Origin: Macrostomum lignano
Taxonomy: Eukaryota
Length of the DNA stretch: 64,000 nt
Direction of reading: 5' to 3'
NCBI GenBank assembly: GCA_002269645.1
Contig: NIVC01003506.1
Span: 30,462-94,461 of the forward strand
Under the pieces are notes generated by a model. It ran no database searches and was not told where the DNA came from. It saw nothing but the letters and a program-made list of their open reading frames with translations. Positions 50,744 to 62,000 of this stretch are shown here, piece by piece; positions within the stretch are counted from its first letter, which is position 1; every line of letters begins with the position of its first letter. A program made the position numbers and the translations under genes.

Positions 50744-53054
50744 GGTTGCTGGTCAAACTGTTTTTACAAGTTCTGATGCAAGTAGAACTGCTGGGAACCA
50801 AATCTGAAGTTATATTCAATTTGTATGTAGATTTCCCCTAAAAAATCAATTCAGTTTTTAAAAAAGTTTAAATAAAAAATTTTAAGGACTTTCTTAATTA
50901 TCTTGAAAGATTCTTATAAAAGTGAAAAACTGATTAAAAATGCCATTAAGGCAGTTTCTGTGAGTGCTGTACTTTGGTATACGATTTTTAATCTCACTAT
51001 TTGAAGCAGTTACAATGCATTTTAATAAAAAATTTTTATTATATTCTAGATATAATAAAAGCTTACAAAAGTTAGATATTGCACTGGTATAATTTTCAAT
51101 ATAGCAGCTAAATTTCAAAGGGAAACCCAATTCAATTTTCTGCTACAATTTTAAAATAAATAGATAACCTTTAAAATTAAATACTAATACTAATAAGTAG
51201 ATCATAGATATATCTTAGATCTATAACTTAAAATAAAACCATTACATTAGTACTTGTTGACTTGGACCAAATGTAACAGAAGGATTTTAGAGGCCTTCGA
51301 ACCAAAATTTGGCTCCTTGGATCACAGCACACTATTTTATTAGCACTATAGCAAATTGTCAAAATGTCGAAAACTTTGATTTAACTCAAGAATATAAAAG
51401 TTTTGTGATATTGATATATAAAGCTATAGAGTTATCTGTGAACCTATCTATAACTCAAAGGAATATATAAAAAGATTATAGGTAGCAAGTGTCATGAATA
51501 AGTATCATAGCTTCATGAAAATTGTACTTTAACTTTCACCAAACCATTAGAATAAGTGTCAAAATACACTTCCTTCAATTAATCATTGATAACATAACAG
51601 TGTTCAACTGACAAGAAATAAAAATTTTACCAGAAAAATGTGTTTTCCAATGACCTCAAGTATGCTGAAATGCCAGAAAACACTATTTACTCAAGCATAT
51701 AAAGCATAAACCAGAAGCAGCTACAGTGATCCACAAAATTTTGCATTCGAAGAAAAAAAATAAGATTTTATTAAAAATCTAAAATGTTTAATTTGCCTCA
51801 TCGCGGCGATAATTTCACGTATACAAACAAAGTTTTAAAATAATTATTTGTCGCTAAAGCGCAAAGTCTAACGCGCAAGTATATAGTTTTTCTAAGGTTT
51901 TTATTGCAATCGATACGTTTACATTTACTTTACAACTCTTAGTGGTTGATGTTGACGCTGCTTCAACAACGGCAGATTTAAATTGCGTAATGATGCAGGT
52001 TTTTTAATTATTTTATATCGACGCTAAAAACGATATAGTTCGCAAATAATCTTGATTTTGTGTCTAAAAATAACCATCTTCATAAAAAATGCTTTTTGTG
52101 TTTGTTAGCCATCAATAGAGCAAAACTTCTATACAAACATTCTCAATGAATCATTCAATACGAGTCATACTTGAAAATTAAGATCATGAAGAAGGAGCAC
52201 TGTCGAAATATGTAACAGTTTAGTTGATTATATGTTGCTCTCGAACTCGAAACGGAAAACACTGTTCATTTTTTAATTAGTACATAAGTTTAATTTGATT
52301 TTGAAGTTCATATTTACCGTGTCAACTTCAATTAGTTTGAGTTTAGTATTGCCTAACATTATTTAGCGGAATGGGCGACGCTCGCCTCCCCGCTGCATCT
52401 TCGGACCGCCCTGCAGCTGCCTAACATTATTTCCAATTAATTCATGTTCCTTTTTAAGTTGTTACATGTTGCAATGCTTTATGTTAAAAATAGAATTTTA
52501 AGAACTCAGCATCAATTTTCAGGAGTTAAAAGCATTGGCCTTCAACCTTAGTAGAAAATTTTTTTAATATTATTCCTTGCCATCATTTTAACAGCAGCAT
52601 TTATGCAAACTTATATTTTAAAAATAGGGACTAAACTATGCCCTAAATCATAAAAAAGGAAAAGTAACTTTCATAGAAATGAAATACAACCTTTTGGGTG
52701 CGTGTATAGGCATGCTTTTGATTCATATTATTTTTAATTGACTGAGGGTTAATGAAGTTATATTTCAAATATTTTTTTCCTTATTTTAAGCGCTCTAATA
52801 TTGGTAAAAATTATTTTTTTAATTATGGTGAAAAATCTCCCACGTGGTATTTTAGGATTCGATCAGGCCGGTCAGAATTTTAATAACCTAAGTTGATTCA
52901 TTCCCACAGAACCCAGAGCTGTTAGGTCACTGCAGCTCTATTTCTATTAAGCCACAGCACAGAGAGACCCAATAAGTCAGGCACAATGGAAGTGGAGGTG
53001 GCTCATCCCTCCCAGCCTAACGCTAGCAGATTTGACGAGTCAGCAGCCGCCGCC

Positions 53055-56000
53055 ATGTCGCTGCCGCAGCCGCCGGCGCCGCAGCAGCGGTCGGGCAACA
53101 CGCGCAGCGGCCACACCAGCCTGCAGCAGAAGCGTCCAGCGCCCGTCGATGGCTCCAAAATTCTGCGTAACGATGAAGTTTACCGCCAGCTGTTCGAGGC
53201 GCAGGTGCAGCTCACGGATCAGCTGGCCGGCACCCGGTGGTGGCGCGAGAACAAGCCGGCCGTGAAGCAGGTGAAGTCCTCCCGGGACCTCAGCCTGCCG
53301 GTGGTCCGCAACGCCGCCCCAGCCACCAGCCGCGGCATGCTGGCCGGCCGTCAGGCCGATTGGACGCGCGCCTTGGAGAACGACGGCCGCACGGAGAACC
53401 CGGTTGTGGCCAGGCAGACGGCGGAGTGGCTGGACCTGGTGTCGGCCGAGACCGAGTCCGGCCAGCACGCCACCGAGGTGGCCGACCTGCCCGATCAGGT
53501 GAGCTGAAACATTCAAGCTGGCTGTAGGACACCGAAAACTTGAGCACCATCATGGATACGGAAGCAAAAGCCCCGGGCCGAACCCACTGAAATCGATAGT
53601 TTGTCGGGCCACTCGGCTAAAGAAAGGCCATAAAGACCAACAGCACTTGGCGTGACTCAAGACGCTAAGCAGTTGAATGGGAGTTTTAATAAATAAGCAT
53701 TTTAATCTCGCCGAAGAGTCGTAGTGCAGATCATTGAGTATTGCAAGTACTCTCGTGCATGTAGACAGTCGAGATTGGTGTTTCTGTCCGATCGGATGTC
53801 CGATGTCCGTGTGACTCTACTATAAATTTTTTGTTTCATTCTATAGCCTTAAGTTGGTAGCCTATGGTCGTAGTCTAGAGGGGTTTTAGCGAGTGTTTAG
53901 AGTGTCTGACTTAAACAACTGAAAGGTCGAAGGTTCGATTCTCGACCCACTTGGAACAATTTGTGTCGTTGAGCAAGACACTTAACTCTGCATTGCATCA
54001 GTTCAGTTGTAATATGGGTGCCAGCATTAGCTGGGGGTAAGTGAGGGTGTGCATGTGTGGTGACTTCCCGGTCCTTCAACTGAACAGCCGTACGCATCCT
54101 TCAGATGCGCTGCGTAATAGCTGCGGCTGAGCTGTCGGTTGCACGTCTGCACATTAGGGCAGGTGTACTCAATCTCAACTTAGGGCAGGTTCACCCGCTC
54201 TGCTCTGAGGGATGTCGAAGAATTCATAATCGGTCTTCTTCAAACACCAACATCCCAGGTCCGACCGTCAAAACTGCGCTCCGACGTGATCGACCGGATC
54301 AAAGAGAAGCGACGCGAACGACACAACCTCACACTGGAGGAGATGCACCAGGAGCTCTATCAGGTCGGCGTCACCTTCGAGCCGCTGATTGTCCAGCGTT
54401 GCCAGAGCCTACACGAGACGCTGGCCAAGCTCGAGGAGGAGCTGGACCGTCGGCTGAGCCCGCTGGCGACCAACGAGTCGCTGATGGCGCTGGACCAGCA
54501 CCAGCTGCTCGGCCTGTGGCAGGGCGTCGCGGAGGTCTTCGCCGATAGACGCAACGCCATCGGCAGCCTCGACGAAGACCTGCTGGGTGAGCGGTGCCGG
54601 GTTTCAGAACTCATATCATCTGCAGATTTTTCTACAAATGTTACCTCAAACATCTCAGAACTTCCCATATCCTGGATGATTTATTTTGTTAAATGTACAA
54701 TTTTATTGGAAGATTCGAGTCCCCACTTCTCCCCCGTGTAGAGTGTGGTGTTTCGGGAAATAAGTTCGCAATGAGCTGCACGTCTTTCCTGGAAATATTT
54801 CATCTTATTTACATTTAGATCGGCTGCTTAATTTCTAAGAAAACGCACTCGAAAGGCTTAATTTCATTAAAGTCATTAATTCTGGATGTTCTGTGTCTTG
54901 GAAATCTCATGCATCGCATACTCATCGAAATAAGTGCATTCTGAAACCTGAATTTCCTGGAAAATATTTCGCACGCGTTTTGAATGATTTTCAAGCCTCA
55001 AACCCCGCCCCCAGCCCTGGAGTCCGACCGGGTCACCGAGATCCGCCGGGTGTTCCACTCCTACAGCGAGGTCCTGGAACGCGTCAGCCACCTGGCGCCA
55101 GCCGAGCTGCACCGGATCGTGGACGACGAGGCTGTGCAGATGAACCAGACCCTGCTGGGCAACCAGCGCAGCTTCGCGGACCTCAACGCTCGATTGGTCA
55201 TGTCCGAGCTGGACAGAGAGCGCCGGATGCGCGCCCATTGGCAGGACAAAATTACCGAGTGGCGCGCCGGACACGTGGAGGTCGCCGTGGCCGGATTTCA
55301 TCAGTTCGTGCAGAGCCCGCAGGTAAGATTCAATTAGCTCCTATTGGTGCCTTATCTTGCCGATCAAATGATCAAATCTTGCTGATCAAATGCCGAGCTA
55401 GCAATTTTTAGAATCGTAACTACAAGTGCATGTGTTTTTTCTATTTTCTCAAGCCTTTGATGTGCCACCAAAATCCACCTCGAATGCTTTGATATGCCGC
55501 CACGAACATCTCAAATCCTTTTATATGCCGCCATGAACGCCTCAAATCTTGTGATGTGCCGCCACTTTTCCTCAAATCATTTGATGTACCGCCTCGATCC
55601 ACCTCGAATGCTTTGATGTGCCGCCTCGATCCACCTCGAATCCTTTGATGTGCCGCCTCGATCCACCTCGAATCCTTTGGTGTGCCGCCTCGATCCACCT
55701 CGAATCCTGTGACCCACCCCGCACTCCAGGTACAGTCCCCGCCCAGCCTGGAGTCCATCCTAAGCAACATGCGCGCCGAGCAGTCCGAGATCAACTCCCG
55801 CCGACTCGAACTCATCGAGGAGTTGAGCAGCTTAGCCCCGCCCAACGCCTGCAAGTCTGGGGTGGCTGCCTGGCACCAAAAAATGCAGCAAGTCTGCAAG
55901 ATGCTGGGTACGTGGCAATCTGCTGTTCTACTAATTAGACTACTAATAGTAACGTGAGGCAACACTCTAAAGCGCAGGGTGCACACCTGCCCCTGAATTT

Positions 56001-59000
56001 CTCACGAGGCCTATGGCTACGGACTCTTTAGAGTATAAACTGATGGAAAGTTTTTGAAGGCCTAATTGGCGTAAACCATTAAAAACCTCTAAGACTCAAT
56101 CAGTGGCGTGCCCAGGAGTTTTCATTGGAGGGAGTCGCAACCCTAAAGGGCGCCAGCCAATATTTGGTGTCTTGGCGTGCGCGTCCTTACCCCAGTCTCT
56201 CAGGCCGGTGGATGCCACGTCCTAAGACAGCTTAGCTGACTCTTTCAATCTTTTTTTAAGAAGCGCAATTTTGAATTGGGGCGATTGGCCCAAGGTTGCG
56301 CAGGCCACTGGGGCTCAATGAAGACTTGCCTTGATGATGAAAGCTCTTACTGTAGTAAACTTACGAAACGGAGACTAAAAAACAACGCATTGCATCCACT
56401 GCGGCTTCAGACGAGACCAACCAGAAGTACCTGCAGCAGGTGTACGAAGACTACGAGAGAGTCTGCCAGCACTGCCTGGAGGCCATGGACCAGCTCAAGC
56501 AGGGCCTGGTGAGCGACGGCGTGTCCACTGAGCAGGAGGCGGACGCCATGGTCAAGGAGCGCTGCCTGCCGCTCATCAGCGCGCAGCAGCGCGTGTTCGA
56601 GGAGCGACTGGAGGCTATGGATGTGAGCTGCAGATGGAAATTCTACCCTGAACCCTACCCGGATTTCTCCCATGTCAAAATAACATGCCCAGTAATTTAC
56701 TCATTTCTACGATAATCTCCCCACAGTAGATTTTCCCAGCTCTCCGAAATCCTACTGGGTTTTCCCCGCCAAATTGGGGTTGCACAAAATTCTCCCTTGG
56801 CCTGCATAGAAAACCCCAATTACCCCTTATCGCAGCGTCTATTTGAGGCCAACGCCAAGCGAATCGGCGTCCAGTTGAAGTCGCTGTACAAGCTGGCACA
56901 GGGCGCCGCGCACCTGTGGGATCGGCATCAGCTCGACCTCGCCGGCCTTGAGCGCACCCTGGTAGAGCGCCTGGACGCCAACCGGGAGCAGCACAACCGG
57001 CAGAACCAGGACCGGGAAGCCCAGCTGGACGTCGTGATGGACAAGCTCCGCCAGGAGTCCACGGAGGCCGGCCTGAAGCACCAGCTCAGCCGGGCGCTGG
57101 ACACGCTGAAGGCCATCGAGGGCACGTACCGGAAGTTCAAAGACGAACAGCTGGTTGAGGTTCGAACCTACCCGAAACTGGTCGAAGAAGAGGTCGAAAA
57201 CCTGGAACGAGCGGTCTGCGAGTACTTCGGACTGGAGAGAGCGGACAAGAAGAAGGTGAGCTTTCTGCAGTGGACTCCCTCCTCCAATTCACCTTTGATT
57301 AGTGGCGACCATAGCGACAAAAGTATGATTAACTTGATCCTTTCATGTTCCGTGTCTCTCAGCAAAACCTTAAATTTACTGACTGCAATCTGTGCTTCAT
57401 TTGATGCACGTTGTGACGCCTCCTGACTCACAGCAGTGACACCTCCTGACACACAGTTGTGGCGCCTCCTGACACACAGTTGTGGCGCCTCCTGACTCAC
57501 AGCAGTGACACCTCCTGACACACAGTTGTGGCGCCTCCTGACACACAGTTGTGGCGCCTCCTGACTCACAGCTGTGACACCTCCTGACACACAGTTGTGG
57601 CGCCTCCTGACACACAGTTGTGGCGCCTCCTGACACACAGTTGTGGCGCCTCCTGACTCACAGCTGTGACACCTCCTGACACACAGTTGTGGCGCCTCCT
57701 GACACACAGTTGTGGCGCCTCCTGACTCACAGCTGTGACACCTCCTGACACACAGTTGTGGCGCCTCCTGACTCAGCTGTGACACCTCCTGACGCACAGT
57801 TGTGGCGCCTCCTGACACACAGCTGTGACACCTCCTGACACACAGTTGTGGCGCCTCCTGATACACAGTTGTGGCGCCTCCTGACACACAGTTGTGGCGC
57901 CCCCTGACACAGTTGTAGCGCCTCCTGACACACAGTTATTGCACCCTGACTCGCATTTTTGCCCTCCAGAAACCCAGTTGTGGCGCTTCCCTGACGAATC
58001 AATTTCCTCTGACTATATTTATGATTTTCAATTGACTTAACCGCCTCCGACTTTGTCTGAATTGTTTGGTCAATCAGTCGGATTCCGAGGAGGCCTCAGA
58101 GCCCGATAATGCCGACACAGCCCCCCAGCCTTATCAGGCTGACAGAGTGGGCGCTGGGTCTCAACCGGACGCTCAGCTGCAGGTTGGTTGCAGACGTTGT
58201 CAAATTTTCCTGTATAGTTTTACTATCGCTGCAATCCTTCCTGCACTGCCTTAACATTTTTTGCGATACACAAAAACTCATTTTGTACCTGCATGTCACA
58301 GTGAGAAAACTCTATTTAAATCTTTAACTTATTTTTCCACTGTACTTCTATAGCTCCTACAATTTAATCGGAAATCACACTCACGTATTTTCACAATAAT
58401 TCTGTGCTGCATATTTATACAATTGGAATTTATATACGGACCTATTAGAAACTCAATATTGGCCAATTGCTAAAATTTTCTAATAAAATGCATTTACTTC
58501 TACTTTCTTATGGGCATACGAGTGCGCACGAATTCCTAAATTTTTATGCTGCGCCAAAATCTTCTATACGACGTAGTTTTAAAACAGACAGTCCAAGCCG
58601 TAAATTCCTGGATAATTTAGCAAACTTAGTGCGTAAACAACTTGTTTTCGATGCAGTCTGTTATGATGTACTTTAGCGAGCACCACTGAGAATGTACATG
58701 GCTGAGGGAGGCAATAAAATGGGGATGGGACGCTCCCGGGTACGGAGAGAGGGAGGAGAGGCTGCGTGCGGTCAGAGGGTTTGAACTGGGGGTAAGAGGA
58801 GATCGATAAATGAACCAATAGGAAGTCACGAGGAGGAAAGAGAGGATTGCATTGTACATAGCGTAGTCAAAGATGTGCTAAATAAAATCAATTATAAAAT
58901 TTACTTCGCGCAGAAATTTAACCTAAAAACTCCAATTAGACGCCCATTCGAAAGTAGCTTAGCATGGTTCTTTTAGTCCAGCTATTAATCGTTTTACAAC

Positions 59001-62000
59001 ACTTAAATTTTACTTCGTATCCTGAGGGGTTGTTGCCTGAGGGGTTGTAGCCTGAGGGGTTTTAGCCTGAGGGGTTGCTGCCTGAGGGGTTGTAGCCTGA
59101 GGGTTGTAGCCTGAGGTTGTAGCCTGAGGGTTGTAGCCTGAGGGTTGTAGCCTGAGGGTTGTAGCCTGAGGGTTGTAGCCTGAGGGGTTGTAGCCTGAGG
59201 GGTTGTAGCCTGAGGGGTTGTAGCCTGAGGGGTTGTAGCCTGAGGGTTGTAGCCTGAGGGGCTGGGGGTTGTAGCCTGGGGTTGTAGCCTGACTGTAGCC
59301 TGAGGGGTTGCTGCCTGAGGGGTTGTAGCCTGAGGGGGGTTGTAGCCTGAGGGGGTTGTAGCCTAGTGGTTAGAGCGTCGGACTCGCGACTTGAAGGTCG
59401 GGGGTTCGATTCCCGATCCCTTGTGTCCATTGTGTCCTTGAGCAAGACACTTAACTCTGCATTGCTTCAGTTCACCCAGCTGTAAAATGGGTGCCAGCAT
59501 TAGCTGGGGTAATTGAGGGTGTGTGGCGACCCCCGGTCCTACGCCAGAGCCGACAGAGCCTCCTACAGCCGTACGCAGCCTTCAGATGCGCCGCGCAATA
59601 GCTGCGACTGAGCTGTCGGTTGCACATCTGGCCCAATTGGGGCAGGTGTAATCACGTGTAATCAGTGTAATCACAATAATCATTTCTACTATTTTAGTTT
59701 CCAAACTATTTTTAGCTCAGAGGCTAAATGTTTTGCATTGAAGTCAGTGTTCTGCATATTACGATCTATTATTCTTAACTTTCTAAATCAGCTGACCGGT
59801 TTTACTTCAGGTGGAGAAGAAGAAAGTCAAAGCGACTCTGAAGCCGGCGGAGCTCGCCAAGATCAAAGCCGCGCAGGAGGCTCGCCTATCCGAGGTGAGC
59901 TTTTTGTGAAATTCAGCTTATTATACCATTATAAACTCTTTATTCTACTAAGAAGTAGAAAAATAATTCACGATATTATTCGAAAAAAATATAAAGAAAT
60001 TTTCGCTAGTTTCGGTTCAAATTCGAATAAAGCTTTTGTAATTTGATCACCAATTAAGCAAATGATAGTGTACTAGTATTTGTTTATCAGAGCTACTTTA
60101 GTTTAGGCTCAACAACACTTCAGTCAACGATTACAACTAAATTTTAGGGCTACTGAAATTCAAAAGCAAAGTTTTCGAATAAAATTGGTGCAAGCAAATG
60201 ATAAATAAATAGTCGCATAGTCGACAGCAACAAGTCAACGTAAAGTAGTGTCTCTTCTCTAAGCGGCTCCAAAAATCAGTAGAACAGCTCCTCAGCGCCG
60301 TTGTCCAGGCTGGCGTTCAGCGCAGAGATCACGCGGTCTTCCTGCCACCGCTGCCGCTGCCGCCTCCGCCGCCTCCGCCGCTGCCGCTGCCGCTGCCTCC
60401 GGCAATTTGCCTCTCGTGCGCTCCGTCGTGAAAGCCGTTGCGGTTGCCGCCGCCGCTGCCGCTGCCGCCGCTGCCACTCGGCCCGGCTCCGTCTTCGTCC
60501 GGCACGTACAATGGATTCCGGGTTATTTTGGCAGCGTGCGGATGGTGCTGCTGCGGCTGCGGCTGCTCCTGTTGCTGGTAGACATGGTTGTAGGCACCCA
60601 GCTCGTAGTCCACTTCGTCTCGCGGCTGACTCCGTCTCTGCTCAACTTGAGCAAGCTGCTGCGGCAGTCCGTACGGATTGTTCTGATCATCCAGCTCGTC
60701 AGCAAAGCGCATGGTGATGACCTGAGAGTCCGGCGATCCCTGGGGTCGTTGCTGCGTCTGCTGCTCCTGCGGCTCCGGCTGCTGCTGAGGACCTTTGATC
60801 GGCTGGTAGAAATTCTGCGGCATTGGCGGCTGCAGCTGTTTCTGCTGCTGGCTGCGGCTGCGGCTGCGGCTGCTGCGGCTGCGGCTGCTGCTGCCTAGCG
60901 GACGCTGGCCTCTGCTGCGATACGTTGACATAGAGCGGCTGCTGAACAGGCCGCTGCTGCTGCGCTGGCGGTAGCTGCTGGTCCACTCGCGGCTCCTGCT
61001 TACCCTGGTAGATAATCCGAGCCGATCCGACCGTGGGACTGGCGCCGTCGGCCACTGTGGCCTCGCCGGCCAGGCTGTTCTCAATGGTGTCCAGCTTTAT
61101 CTCGTCCGGCAGCTGCAGCCCAATCAGCACCGGCGTCCGCAGCTGCACGGGTTCCTGACTGCGCTCAACCTCGGCTTTGAACACCAGCCAGTAGCGCACG
61201 CCGATGATGCTGGAGTTGGGTAGGCCGCTCGGCGGGATGAAGCGCGGCACCGTCAGCCCCACGTGGCGCCACTGTCGGTCTGTTGGAAAGATGAAGCAAT
61301 CAATCAGCGATTATCAGTTGAGCAGGCGTGTCTAAAGCAGCAGAAACAGTCTGGTTAACTTACTCTCCTGTTGTCGCACCACATACTTGTCCTCGTAGTC
61401 GTCACAATCAGCCGTTCAGTGTTCACTCGACCGCGGACCCGATATTCGACTTCCATCACCAGCGCAATGCTCATGCTCCGAACCACCTTGCGTGACGAGT
61501 TGATGAGGTTCAGATTCACGAAGATGTTGTCTCCGATGTCGTAGGCTCGTCTCGGCATGAACAGCGACACCTTGATTGAGTTGGAGCCAGTCGTCAGAGC
61601 GGAGGTTTTGATCGGGTGCTTGTAGTCAATCCGGTAGGAGTTCAGGTGACTGGCCATGCCCTCCAGGGGGAGTCGTGACTCCACCATGAAGACGTTGGTA
61701 GTGATGCAGGGCTCGCGGTGAACCGGCTCATTTCGGTCAGCCTGGATGACCACCTTCACCAAGTAGGACACGTTGCCGTAAGACCCTGTGAAAGTCGCTG
61801 GCAGTTCGAATGGCAGGTCGCAGGCGAACGGGAACACGTGCTCACCCGGCGACAGCGTCACCATCTCATAGCTTCGCTTGCCAACGAGCTCGGCGATTTC
61901 GTTCAGGTAGACCTCGTCGTCGGAAACGAGCTCGTCACCCTGCAGGGTGCGCAGCCGCCAAGCCGCGCAGCTCGCCCGGCGAATAGACGCCGATGCCGTT

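Larger units (their letters stand above)
47496..56486. repeat. Tandem segmental duplication, copy 2 (8991 bp)
   Basis: Junction GGCCAT|AAATGCTAG joins CCDC180 exon 5 to V-ATPase intron sequence; about 3 substitutions and 5 small indels seen versus copy 1. Confidence 0.97.

Noticed and set aside
59349-59420. Functional tRNA gene
   Set aside because: A and B boxes are present but there is no closing acceptor stem; the sequence continues into a SINE body found in three copies
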